Positions 20,926 through 31,388 of a stretch of DNA of 64,000 nucleotides are shown here, in pieces. The notes below the pieces were generated by a model. That model did not search any database, was not told the DNA's origin, and saw only the letters and a program-made list of their open reading frames with translations. The position numbers were made by a program, and so were the translations under genes. Each line of letters starts with the position of its first letter. Positions within the stretch are counted from its first letter, which is position 1. The DNA comes from a bacterium (GTDB taxonomy: Bacteria; UBA8248; JACPRG01; G963555815): positions 800,001 through 864,000 of the forward strand of contig CBDHDG010000004.1 in assembly GCA_965261595.1 (NCBI GenBank), given 5' to 3'.

Positions 20926-22437
20926 ATGCCGGATTCCTATGACGTGATCATCGTGGGAGGGGGCTCGACGGGCTGTGTCGCCGCCTCCCGGCTGTCCGAA
21001 GACCCCCGAAGGCGGGTCCTGCTCCTGAACGCCTCGCCCGATCCTCAGCCCCTGCCGGAGATCGTCGCGGACTCCCGGCTGGTCGTGAATCTCCTGATGG
21101 AAAGTCCGTACCTCGGGCTCTATCCCACCCCGCGAAAACTCGACGGAAGCATGTTCTACTCCCTCGGGGGACTCATCATGGGCGGGGGGTCTTCCGTGAA
21201 CTTCATGTCGGTCATCCGCCCGATCCGGCCGGATTGCGATAACTGGGTTCAACAGGGAAATCCTGAATGGTCTTGGGAACACGTCTTGCCGGTCCTGCGG
21301 AGGCTCGAGGCCGACCAGGATTACGGAGACTCAGCGCTCCACGGCAAGGAGGGCCCACTGTACGTGAAACGGGCGTGCAGCTTTGACACCATCCCGGAAG
21401 GCCAACAGCGGGCGTTTGTGGATGGCGTCATCAGCCTCGGCCTGCCCGTCTGCCCGGACCAGAACGTCCCTTACCCCTACGGGGTCTCCGCCACGGCCTC
21501 CTGCATCAAGGAGGGGCGCCGCCAATCCGCCGCCGTCGCCTACCTGGACCCCGCGCGCTCGCGGCCGAACCTCACCATCCTGGCGGACGCGCCGGTCATC
21601 TCCCTGGACGTCCAGGGCGATCAGGTGGCCGGTGTTCGGTACGAAAAGGACGGCCAGGTTCACACCGTCCGGGGGGAGCAGGTGGTCTTGAGCGCCGGCG
21701 TGTACCACACCCCGCAGATCTTGATGCTTTCCGGCATCGGCCCTCCAGCCGTGCTGGAGCGTCTGGGCGTCTCCGTGATCCATGGCATGGAAGGCGTCGG
21801 AGAGAATTATCAGGATCACGCCTCCATCATTATGACCTTCGAAGGCAAAAAGGATAATCAGGAGGACTGGATTGTCCCGGGCTTCATGCTGAATTACAAG
21901 AGCGACCCGAGCCGTGAATTCCTGGACTTTCACATCTTGATGCGGCAATCGACGATCATCGAGGGCCTGAGCCCCTTGCTGCCCGTAATGATCAACCTGC
22001 TGGAGCACCGGGCGCGCGGCCGCATTGTCCTCAACAGCCGGGATCCCCATGAGCTCCCGGGCATCGAATCCGAAATGCTCGAGGACCCGGCGGATATCCA
22101 GGCGATGGTCTCGGCCATGGCGTTCGTCGTCGAGCTCACCGAAACCGGGCCCATGCGGGAATACTACGGTCCGCCGACCCTGCCGGAACCCGGAGAGGAT
22201 TTCGCAAAATTCGCGCGCACGAGCTTCGAAAGCTTTCATCACGGCGTGGGCACGTGCGCGATGGGCCCCGGCGCAAACGGTCGGGCCGTGGTGGATCAGC
22301 GCCTGCGGGTCCACGGGATGTCGAACCTGTGGATCGCCGACGCCTCGGTCATGCCGGTCGTCCCCCACTGTCACACCAACACAGCGTGCCTGATGATCGG
22401 AGAACGCCTGTCCGATTTCATGCGGGCCGAAACTTGA
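20926..22437 (+). CDS. GMC family oxidoreductase (choline dehydrogenase-like)
   Basis: GGGSTG FAD motif, GGGSSVN, TPQILMLSGIG, GVGENYQDH, ADASVMP. Confidence 0.9.
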   Translation: MPDSYDVIIVGGGSTGCVAASRLSEDPRRRVLLLNASPDPQPLPEIVADSRLVVNLLMESPYLGLYPTPRKLDGSMFYSLGGLIMGGGSSVNFMSVIRPIRPDCDNWVQQGNPEWSWEHVLPVLRRLEADQDYGDSALHGKEGPLYVKRACSFDTIPEGQQRAFVDGVISLGLPVCPDQNVPYPYGVSATASCIKEGRRQSAAVAYLDPARSRPNLTILADAPVISLDVQGDQVAGVRYEKDGQVHTVRGEQVVLSAGVYHTPQILMLSGIGPPAVLERLGVSVIHGMEGVGENYQDHASIIMTFEGKKDNQEDWIVPGFMLNYKSDPSREFLDFHILMRQSTIIEGLSPLLPVMINLLEHRARGRIVLNSRDPHELPGIESEMLEDPADIQAMVSAMAFVVELTETGPMREYYGPPTLPEPGEDFAKFARTSFESFHHGVGTCAMGPGANGRAVVDQRLRVHGMSNLWIADASVMPVVPHCHTNTACLMIGERLSDFMRAET

Positions 22438-22705
22438 TGGGCTATTTACGGACGCATCCCTGTCTCGGTCGGGTAGGCCACCCTGCGATTCACGCGGGCG
22501 CCGAATCCAATGGCGGTGTAGCGCGGAGGCTTCAGCCTTCCCCCGTTTTTTGCGCGGGGAGGATCACCCATTGATGGTTTGACCCTTCCATCGATGGCCC
22601 ATCGAGCCGCACGGGAGCCCACAAGGAGCCCCCTACATCCTCAAAGCGGGACGGTCTGGAAATCCGTTGTGGCGGCCTTTGGATTAGGCGTTTTTCCGCA
22701 TCCTG

Positions 22706-23707
22706 CTAATCAATGAGCTTCCTATCCAGGTAGGGCACCTTTAACTTGCCGCTTTTGATGTCCTTTTCGACCGCCCGGACCCGCCTCGCGATCTCCGGGG
22801 GCACCTTCTTGTTGAAGGGCGCCAGCACCGCGCCGCCGTTCGGAATGCCCACCAGGTAGAGTTTCTCGACCTTCCCCTTCTTCATGTCGAGGACGAGCTT
22901 CCTCATGGCGGCATGCCAGATGAAGACCGAGCTGCTGATTACGGTGTCGGGCGCCATCCGGTTCAGGTCCATGAAGCACCCGATGGCGAACTTGCCTTTT
23001 TCCTCGGCGCCCTTGATCCCGCCGAAACCCATGGGACTGGAGGTCACCTGGATTACGTCCACTCCCTGTTCGATCATGGCGAAGGCGGCCTCCTTCGCCT
23101 TGGAGACGTCCATCCAGTCGTTGATGAAGACGGACACAATCTTGACGTTGGGGTCCACGCTCCGAGCGCCCAGCTTGTAGCCGTTGTGCTCGGACATCAC
23201 CCCCGGAACGGGAAACCCGCCGATGACGCCGATCTTCTTGGTCTTGCTCATGAGCGTGGCGAGGACGCCGCCCAGATAGCCCGTTTCGTGCGAAAGGACC
23301 ATATACGTCACGACGTTGGGGCGGCCCTTTGTATTATAGAAACCGGCCACGGCGAACGTGGTGTTGGGAAACTCGCTGGCCACCTTCATGGCGGGGGCGC
23401 CCCACTCATACCCGTGGCCGAAGATGAGGTCATACCCGGCGGAGGCCCAGGCCCGAAGCGCGCGCTCCAGGTCGGCTCTCTTGATACGGTCCTGGGTGGT
23501 GACCTCGTCCACGCCAGGGTCTTTCTTGAGCATCAGCGCCCCCCGGTATCCCCCCTCGTACCAGCCATTGTCGTTGATCGGGCCGTTGTTGCCGATGGCG
23601 ACGCGGATCTTCTTGGCCGCCGCCGCGGGGACGGCCGTGAAAGCGGCCGCGAGCGCAACGGCCAGAAAACACCCGACAAATCCCCTCAGAACGCTTCGAC
23701 TGTTCAT
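22706..23707 (-). CDS. BMP family ABC substrate-binding protein (nucleoside/purine type)
   Basis: Signal peptide, DNGWYE, GYDLIFGHG, SKTKKIGVIGG, QGVDVI. Confidence 0.88.
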   Translation of the reverse strand: MNSRSVLRGFVGCFLAVALAAAFTAVPAAAAKKIRVAIGNNGPINDNGWYEGGYRGALMLKKDPGVDEVTTQDRIKRADLERALRAWASAGYDLIFGHGYEWGAPAMKVASEFPNTTFAVAGFYNTKGRPNVVTYMVLSHETGYLGGVLATLMSKTKKIGVIGGFPVPGVMSEHNGYKLGARSVDPNVKIVSVFINDWMDVSKAKEAAFAMIEQGVDVIQVTSSPMGFGGIKGAEEKGKFAIGCFMDLNRMAPDTVISSSVFIWHAAMRKLVLDMKKGKVEKLYLVGIPNGGAVLAPFNKKVPPEIARRVRAVEKDIKSGKLKVPYLDRKLID

Positions 23708-23911
23708 GGTCCGCTCCCTTTCCGTTCAGATGTTCCTCCCGAATTCAACGGCGAACAAAACACCTTATCTCCCCCAGTCAACCCGCAAAAGATGGAATCT
23801 CGAAACCCACTCAGGGCCCGGGCCGGCAAGAACGCCGCGACGGCCGGGCGGGGCGTGTGTCCGGCTGATCCTTCAAGACCCGGCGCCGGACATTTTGTCC
23901 GTGGGCTCAGT

Positions 23912-24667
23912 CTATGTTCTTGCGACTACGCTCCGCTCCGCCCAGGCGGCGACGACCTCATCAACCGTCGCAACCCGCCCGAAATAGTTGCAGCAGTTCG
24001 ACAGCGTTCCTTCGTGATCCTCACGGCTGGTGGTCGCGCATGCGTCATCGACCATGACCACGTTGTAGTCCAGCATGAAGCCCTCGCGGGCTGTGCTCTC
24101 GACGCAGACGTTCGTGGCCACTCCCGTCATGAGAATGGTCTTCACGCCCAGACCCCGGAGGATGAGATCGAGGTTTGTCCCCGTGAATCCCCCATACCGA
24201 TTCTTCTTGAGGAGGATGTCTCCGGGCTCGGGTTCGAACCCCTCGCAAAGGTCGGCGCCCCAGGTCCCTTCAACAACCAGGTCCGAACCCATGCCTCCCG
24301 GCCCGGAAAGGGCGCCGTCGGGAGCCCCGTCGGCCGACCCGGACTTGAGCCGCTCCAGCCGGTGATAGGCCGACCATTTGCAATCCGGCGAATGGACCAC
24401 CTGGAACAGGACAACGGAAACCCCGACGCCGCGCGCCTCCTTCATCAGAAGGCGCAACGGCGGGAAAATATCCTGAATGGGGCCCATGTCAAATCCTCTT
24501 TTTCCGAAACACCCCTCGGAATGACAGAAGTCGTTTTGAACGTCCACGACGATTAGGGCGGAAGTTGAGGGGTCCACCCAATCGGCCAAAGCAAGGTCAT
24601 TTTTCACTCGGAATCCCTCCTCACGGATTACAACGGTTCTGTTGCGGCCTTCAAACAAGGGAGGCAT
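23912..24667 (-). CDS. Cysteine hydrolase (isochorismatase/RutB-like amidase)
   Basis: VVDVQNDF, KNRYGGF, GVATNVCVEST (D-K-C triad). Confidence 0.9.
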   Translation of the reverse strand: MPPLFEGRNRTVVIREEGFRVKNDLALADWVDPSTSALIVVDVQNDFCHSEGCFGKRGFDMGPIQDIFPPLRLLMKEARGVGVSVVLFQVVHSPDCKWSAYHRLERLKSGSADGAPDGALSGPGGMGSDLVVEGTWGADLCEGFEPEPGDILLKKNRYGGFTGTNLDLILRGLGVKTILMTGVATNVCVESTAREGFMLDYNVVMVDDACATTSREDHEGTLSNCCNYFGRVATVDEVVAAWAERSVVART

Positions 24668-24713
24668 GGGGGCAGGATTCGGATTTTAACCTTTTCCAGG
24701 CTTCCCGGCCCCC

Positions 24714-25793
24714 CTAAGCCCTCGGGCCATCAATCTCAACCCCGAGCTCCTGCATAAATCGCCTGTAAGCCACGGCGACGGCATCCGGTCCGCGGACATG
24801 GAGCTCCTCGGTCAGATCCAACGGCAGCTCCTCGGGCCGCTGGTTCTCGACAATCGGCTTGTCCTGATCCGAGATCAAGTCCAGGAGATGGATATACTCC
24901 GGGATCTTGCCATCGATCGCTCCATCGCGCGACTTCATCTCTTCACCCTTCACCGTGATCGGTCCATGGACGACCTCAGGCGCGTCGAAGTCGTAATTCC
25001 GAGCCACGATCAGAAAACGCGTCGATTCCCTCGCCGAGTGGGGCGTGCACGGGTAAAAGTAGATCTCGGTCTTGTCCTCTGGCATCCTCATCCACTGAAC
25101 AATACTGAACGGCCGGGTCAGACGGTAACGGCGACGAAAGGGGTCTGGATGAGCGATATCGGTGTCCCCGGCCGACTTCTCAACCGATGTTGAGAAATCG
25201 GCCTCGAACCAAAGGTCCTCGCCGTCCTGTCTTACGTCGACGATCGGCGCCAGGGGCCTATCGCGCTCACCCAATATCCCATCGTGGATCCACGGAAAAT
25301 GAGCGAAATCCACAAAGTTTTCGATGGACCGGGCGGCCGTGCACTGCCACGGCTTTCTCTGGCGGAAATAGATGCGGTAGCTCGGGTCTTCGAGCTCGGG
25401 AACGTCGGGGATGGGCGCTCGGGGCTTTTCAGCCAGGCAGACCCAGATGATCCCGTATCGCTCCGCGGCGGGGTAATGGGTCAGGCAGGCCTTCTTCGGG
25501 ATGGGATGCTCGGGGGGAATGGACGGGATGCGGATGCACTTTCCGTCCGCATCGTAAGCCCAGCCATGATAGGCGCAGACAATCGTCTCACCTTCCACCC
25601 ACCCCAGGGAGATGGGCGTCCCGCGATGGACGCAAAGGTCATGGAACGCCCGGACTTCACCGCTTCCAAGCCGGCAGACGACCACGCGCTCGTCCAAGAG
25701 CCGGACAGCCAGCGGCCCCTCGTCCACGTCTTCGGAAAGAGCCACGGGATGCCAATACTCAGCCAAAGATGGCCATAAGGCGCTTTCCCGCAA
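24714..25793 (-). CDS. Rieske non-heme iron oxygenase alpha subunit (VanA/Ndm demethylase-like)
   Basis: CVH...CAYH Rieske motif, ENFVDFAHFPWIH, QD...VENQRP. Confidence 0.88.
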   Translation of the reverse strand: MRESALWPSLAEYWHPVALSEDVDEGPLAVRLLDERVVVCRLGSGEVRAFHDLCVHRGTPISLGWVEGETIVCAYHGWAYDADGKCIRIPSIPPEHPIPKKACLTHYPAAERYGIIWVCLAEKPRAPIPDVPELEDPSYRIYFRQRKPWQCTAARSIENFVDFAHFPWIHDGILGERDRPLAPIVDVRQDGEDLWFEADFSTSVEKSAGDTDIAHPDPFRRRYRLTRPFSIVQWMRMPEDKTEIYFYPCTPHSARESTRFLIVARNYDFDAPEVVHGPITVKGEEMKSRDGAIDGKIPEYIHLLDLISDQDKPIVENQRPEELPLDLTEELHVRGPDAVAVAYRRFMQELGVEIDGPRA

Positions 25794-25947
25794 AATCCCG
25801 CCCCCAAGTTACGATTGAGGCCGCAAAACTTGTAAGCAACCATAGGAAATAATGATAACAGGTCTGGTGTTTAAACTCAAGCCGGGATTTTCCAAATGAC
25901 CGCTTTTTGCAGCCTGCCTGCGCTCGCGTAAGATCACAAAGATCATG

Positions 25948-26090
25948 ATCCGCAGATTACACAGATTGAAAAGAAAAGGACCAAAGAGCGGATTCAGGGA
26001 CCTGGAGCGTCCTGATTTAACTTTTTGAAAGGTGTGGCCCTGTTTTTTGAAAATCTGCGTAATCTGCGGATAAAAAGTCTTTAGTCCGTG
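25948..26090. repeat. Gene-less copy of the 9-nt-periodic inverted-repeat element
   Basis: ATCCGCAGATTACACAGATT ... AATCTGCGTAATCTGCGGAT; shares CTGGAGCGTCCTGATTT and TTAGTCCGTG with the 20.7-kb copy. Confidence 0.85.
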
Positions 26091-27127
26091 GTTCCCCGTA
26101 TCGGCATAGGATTGGGTGTGGTGTCGAACGCCCCGAGGCCCACGACGGTCCGCAGGCCCGGCGGCTGGGAGCGGATCTCGTTGACGGCGCTCATGAGCCG
26201 GCCAATCGTCGCCCCGTCGCCGAAGATCCCGCCGGGGATCCGCAGCGTCAGGTCCGGCGTCCCCTCGATCTCGATCACGTCCTCGGGGTCCTTCGCCCCC
26301 ACGTACATTTGGATGCGGAGGTCGATCAGCGTCCGGCCGGCAAGCGTCCCCGTCGCCCGCTGATCGATCCCGGCCGCCTGCCCCGGCTCCACACGGACGT
26401 AATCCGTCACGACCGGCGCCTCGGCCACCACCGGGCCGAGGGTCTCGGTGATCTCCATCCCCTCCCACCCGAAGGCGTGGGCGATCAGGGCGACCGACTC
26501 CTGGAACCCCGCGTGGCCGAACTTGCCGCCGGCCGCCTTTTCACCGAACGCCTCGACACTGAGACCCGCCCCGATCTTCCGCTGGAGAGGCTCCCGCCGC
26601 AGGGAGGCGTCCACCGTCCGGTGGACGCGGATGGACGCGATCTCCGTGCAGTTCCGGCCGGTGTCCACGACGAGGCGATCCATCACAAAGCCCGGATTGA
26701 CGCCCGTCCCCAGGACCACGACGCCCTTTTCCTTGGCCATCCGGTCGAGCCTCTCGGCGGCTTGCCGGTGGTGCAGCGGCGCGAACGCGAGCTGTTCGGA
26801 GGAAGAGACGACGGAGCACCCCGCCTCAATGATCGTCACGAGCTGGGACAGGATGTCGGGAATGTAGGAAGAGGTCGTATGGAGGATCACGTCCGGCTTC
26901 AGCTCCTCGATGGCCTCTTTGAGGTCCGCCGCAACGGAGACCCCCATAGGGGGGGGCGAATCCAGCCCGATGGCCTCGGCGGCGTCCCGGCCCGCCAGGG
27001 CCGGGTCCACATCCACGGCGCCCACCCACTCCAGCCCTCTCCGGGAAACGGCCTCCCGGGCGAGGGCCCTTCCGATGGACCCCAGTCCGCAGCTCAGGCA
27101 CCGGACAACGTTTTCTGTCATAGCCAC
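26081..27127 (-). CDS. DapB-like / 2,4-diaminopentanoate dehydrogenase-family NAD(P) oxidoreductase
   Basis: GLGSIG Rossmann motif, GTGVNPGFVMD, QRKIGAG, GHAGFQES. Confidence 0.8.
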   Translation of the reverse strand: MAMTENVVRCLSCGLGSIGRALAREAVSRRGLEWVGAVDVDPALAGRDAAEAIGLDSPPPMGVSVAADLKEAIEELKPDVILHTTSSYIPDILSQLVTIIEAGCSVVSSSEQLAFAPLHHRQAAERLDRMAKEKGVVVLGTGVNPGFVMDRLVVDTGRNCTEIASIRVHRTVDASLRREPLQRKIGAGLSVEAFGEKAAGGKFGHAGFQESVALIAHAFGWEGMEITETLGPVVAEAPVVTDYVRVEPGQAAGIDQRATGTLAGRTLIDLRIQMYVGAKDPEDVIEIEGTPDLTLRIPGGIFGDGATIGRLMSAVNEIRSQPPGLRTVVGLGAFDTTPNPMPIRGTTD

Positions 27128-27687
27128 CTCAATGCGTTCAGGAGCCGGACGTTCTTGGGCCGGTCGGCCGCATTCTTTCCGATGTAGCGGAAGCGGACAA
27201 CGCCCTCCTTGTCAATGATGAAGACCGCGGGCCGGGCAATACCTTCGTCCGGGTGCAGGACACTGTAGCGCCGGATGACTTCTTTGTTCGGGTCGGGCAA
27301 TATGGTGAACTTGAGCCTCAGCGACGCCTTTGCATTCAGGGCGGTGTCGAGGTTGTCGGCGCTGACGGCCACGACCTGGGCCTTCAACGCCTTGATCTTC
27401 GACAGGTCGGATTGCAGCTGCACGAGCTGGGTGCGGCAGGATCCTCAGAAATATCCCCGGTAAAAGACGAGGAGCAGGTTTCCTCCCGCGAGCTGCTTTT
27501 TCAGATCAAAGCCTCCGAGCTCGAACGCGGGCGCCTTGTCCCCCACCTTGGGGGCCTTCGCCGTCCCCGCAAGGCCGCTTCCCCGGGCATGGCCGGGCGC
27601 CGCGAACGCGGCCAGGAAAAGGGCGAGAAGAATTCCGGCGGCGGCCGGACCAAATCGGCGGGTGAGTCTTGACATGACGGACTCCAA
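27118..27687 (-). CDS. Peroxiredoxin-like (AhpC/TSA) protein, probable selenoprotein with UxxC
   Basis: Two ORFs in the same frame separated by TGA at 27445-27447: KVGDKAPAF...FYRGYF-U-GSCRTQL...ARPAVFIIDKEG; hairpin directly 3' of the TGA. Confidence 0.82.
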
Positions 27688-27758
27688 TCAGGGACCGGAT
27701 TTTTCAACACCTCTTGAGGATTATACCGCTTCCGGCGCAAAACCCATAAGGACCTCGC

Positions 27759-29474
27759 GTGGATGGCTTCTTGCCCGCCTTGTCCCACACTGTCTCCCTC
27801 CCCCCCCCCCCGCGCGGCGGGTTCGTCCGCTTGCGCCGCCTTTCCCGACAACGCCATACTGATTGCGCCATGACCGGGTTCGAAGCATGGAGCATATTCT
27901 CGAATCGCTTCAAACGGGAGGCGGTCCACCTGGCCTTTTTCACGCTCTTTTTGATCTCCCTGGCGATGTCGCCCTCCGCCTGCGGCCGGAGCGCCGAGGA
28001 GTTCTCCGGATACATCACCGTCGCCCTCGAAGCGAACCCCACGAACCTGGACCCCCGCTATTCGCTGGACGTCGCCTCGTCGCGAATCATCCAGCTCGTC
28101 TTCAATCGCCTGGTCCGCAAGGACCGGAACGACCGCATCGTCCCCGATCTCGCGGTCCGGTGGGAACGGCCCGACCCCACAACGTACGTCTTCCACCTCC
28201 GCAAGGACGCCGTCTTCCATGACGGCGGGCCGTTCACCTCCGCGGACGTGGCCTACACCTTCCGATCCATCCTGGACCCCGAGTCGGCGTCCCCGAAGCG
28301 CGGAAGGTACGAGATCATCCGGGAGATCGAAACGCCGGACCCATTCACCGTCGTCTTCCGTCTGGCAAAACCCTTCTCCCCGTTCCTGTCGGAGATGACG
28401 GCCCACATCGTCCCGGTCCGGGCCGAGCGCGCTGGGAGCGGGTTCGGCCGGAAACCCGTCGGGACCGGCCCGTTCCGGTTCGTCCGGTTCGTCACCGATC
28501 AAGAGGCCGTCCTGGAGGCGAATCCCCGGTATCACGAGGGCCGCCCTCGCGTCGCGGGGGTGCGGTACAAGATCCTCCCGGACGGCCTCATCCGCATCTT
28601 CGAGCTTCAGAAGGGGACCGTCGACCTGGCGGTCAACGCCATCCCGCCCGATTCCCTGGCCCGGCTGGAAAAAACGCCCGGCCTGAAGGTGATCCGCGCG
28701 CCGGGGACCAACTTCTCCTACGTGGGTTTCAACCTGGAAGACCCCGTCCTCTCCAACCCCAAGGTCAGGCGGGCCATCGCCCACGCCATCGACCGGGCGC
28801 CCATTATCCGTTACCTGCTGCGCGGTCTCGCGCGTCCGGCGGCGGGGCTCCTGCCGGAAAGCCACTGGGCCTATCGCGAGGGCCTGAAGCCGGTCCCCCA
28901 TGACCCGGACCTGGCCCGGCGGCTCCTGGACGAGGCGGGGTTTCCAGACCCCGGCGGCGGCCGGCCCCGGTTCCGGCTCTCCTTCAAGACCTCTCAGAAC
29001 GAGACGCGAATCGAGATTGCCGAGGTGCTCCAGGAACAACTTCGCCGCGTGGGAATCGTCCTCGACATCCGGTCCTACGAGTGAAGCGCGTTTTTCTCAG
29101 ACATCCGCAAGGGTAACTTTCAGCTCTACACCCTCACCTGGGTGGGCATCACCGATCCGGACATCTACCATTACATTTTCCACAGCGCCAACGTCCCGCC
29201 CCGCGGGGCCAACCGGGGACGCTACCGGAACGGGGACGTGGACCGACTGCTTGAGCGGGGCCGGACGGCATACGACCCGAAAACCCGGCGCGAGGCGTAT
29301 GGGCGGGTCCAGGAGATCCTCGGGCGCGATCTCCCCTACATCAACCTCTGGCACGCGACCAACGTGGCCGTCCTGAATCAGCGCGTCCGGGGGTTCGTCC
29401 TCTATCCGGACGAAGACATGATCTCACTGAAAGAAGTCCGCCTGGCAGGCAACGGCGCTCCGGGGAGGCCCTGA
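27759..29474 (+). pseudogene. Peptide/nickel ABC substrate-binding protein (family 5) with premature TGA; true start probably downstream
   Basis: LDPR, PDLA..W, FHDG, GTGPFRF; TGA at 29082-29084 then in-frame GNFQLYTLTWVG...DLPYINLW. Confidence 0.85.
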
Positions 29475-29477
29475 ATC

Positions 29478-30400
29478 GTGCGGCGTTACCTCCTGCGCCG
29501 GGTTCTGCTGTTGATCCCCGTCGTCCTCGGCGTGGCGACGGCCGTGTTCTTCATCATTCACCTGATTCCCGGCGACCCGGTCGAGATCATGCTCGGGGAA
29601 CAGGCCCGGGCCGCCGACCGGGAGCAGCTCCGCAAGACCCTGGGGCTGGACCGGCCGTCCTCCAGCAGTACGTCCGGTTCCTCGGGGGGCTGGCGAAGGG
29701 GGACCTGGGCCGAAGCCTCCACCACCGGCGCGGCGTCGCGGGCCTGGTCCTCGAGCGCCTGCCGGCGACGCTTGAGCTGGGGGCGGCCGCCATGGCGATC
29801 GCCATCGCCGTCGCCCTGCCTCTCGGCATCCTCGCCGCCGCGCGCGCCCGATCCTGGCTCGACCACGGCTCGATGGTCTCCTCTCTCCTGGGCGTCTCCA
29901 TCCCCGACTTCTGGCTGGGGCCGATGCTCATCGCCCTCTTCTCCCTGCAGCTCAACTGGCTGCCGCCCTCGGGCCGGGGGGGGATCGAGCACCTGATCCT
30001 CCCCGCCCTGACACTCGGCACGAGCTTGGCCGCCATCCTGGCGCGTATGACGCGGGCCAGCCTCCTGGAGGCGCTTCCACGGGATTTCGTCCGGACGGCG
30101 CGGGCCAAAGGGCTCGCCGAGTGGGCCGTCCTGGTCCGCCACGGCCTGCGCAACGCCCTCCTCCCCGTGGTGACGGCGGCGGGGCTTCAGACCGGCGCGG
30201 TCCTCTCGGGGTCGGTCATCACCGAATCGATCTTCGCCTAGCCGGGAATCGGCCGGCTGACGATCGAGGCCATCGCCGCCCGGGATTACCCCCTGGTCCA
30301 GGGATGCGTCCTGGCCATCGCTCTGACGTACGTGGCGCTGAACCTCATCACCGACGTGGTTTACACGCTCTGCGATCCGCGCGTGAGATACGAGTCATGA
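29478..30400 (+). pseudogene. DppB-type permease, frameshift near 29657 and TAG at 30239-30241
   Basis: IPGDPV, LGLDRP, TARAKGL, HGLRNA, ESIFA*PGIG, RDYPLVQG. Confidence 0.88.
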
Positions 30401-31224
30401 GACGGATCAACCTCTGGGCGGGCGCTACCATCGTGGCGGCGCTCATCGCGGCGGCCGTCCTGTCGCCAATCCTCCCCCTTCCCGGACCCTACGAGCAGCG
30501 GCTGGAAGCGCGCCTCGCCCCTCCCGGGGGAGAGGGTTGGCTGGGCCGGGACAGCAAGGGGCGGGACCTCCTGAGCCGGGTCGTGTTCGGGGCGAGGATC
30601 TCCCTCACGGTCGGTCTGGTGACGGTGGGGATCTCGGCCGCCGCGGGGCTGTTGATCGGCGCGCTGTCGGGCTACATGGGCGGCCTCGTGGATGAATCGC
30701 TCATGCGGCTGACGGACGTCTTCCTCGCGTTTCCGGGGATCCTCCTGGCTTTCGCCCTGATGGCGATCTTGGGGCCGGGGGTCAGAACGTGATTCTGGCC
30801 CTCTGCGTCATGGGTTGGGTGGGGTACGCACGGCTCGTCCGGGTCCAGGTGCTGGCGCTGAAAGGCGAGGATTACGTCACCGCCGCGAGGTCCCTCGGGG
30901 GAGGCGCCCCGCGGATCATCGTCCGCCACCTGCTCCCCAACCTCCTGGGCCCGGTCCTGGTGGAGGCCACCTTCGGCGTCGCCTCCGCCATCCTGGCCCG
31001 AGGCGGGGCTGAGCTTTCTGGGGCTCGGGACGCAGCCTCCGACCCCTTCCTGGGGCGCGCTCATGAAGGAGGGGCACCTCCGTCTTTTCGGGGCCCCCCA
31101 CCTGTCGTTCTTCCCGGGCCTCGCGCTTATGGTCACCGTCCTGGGGCTCAACCTCCTCGGCGACGGCCTGCGGGACCTGCTGGACCCAGGGATGCGGTTC
31201 CCGGGTAAATCCGGAGGCCGCTGA
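30397..31224 (+). pseudogene. DppC-type permease, frameshifts near 30785 and 30998
   Basis: [59 protein letters not shown] across three frames. Confidence 0.88.
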
Positions 31225-31388
31225 GCCGCTTAACAAGTTTTCTATTGACAGATTTCAGCTTGTCTCGGTAGGGTGAAAGCAAGTTCACCAGAGATTGGAC
31301 GCGGGGAAGGGCTCCATGCGGAGTCTAGATGTTTCGCGTTTAGCCGGGAAGTAACGGGGAATAAGAATTCCCGAAAGGAGGATTCGCC

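Noticed and set aside
29082..29084. Selenocysteine at the TGA in the peptide-binding protein
   Set aside because: The context (RSYE*) fits Trp rather than a redox Cys position, and neighbouring genes are pseudogenes.
29082..30241. Alternative genetic code (TGA/TAG read as Trp)
   Set aside because: TGA and TAG end many intact genes here, and the same operon also has frameshifts, so decay is the simpler explanation.
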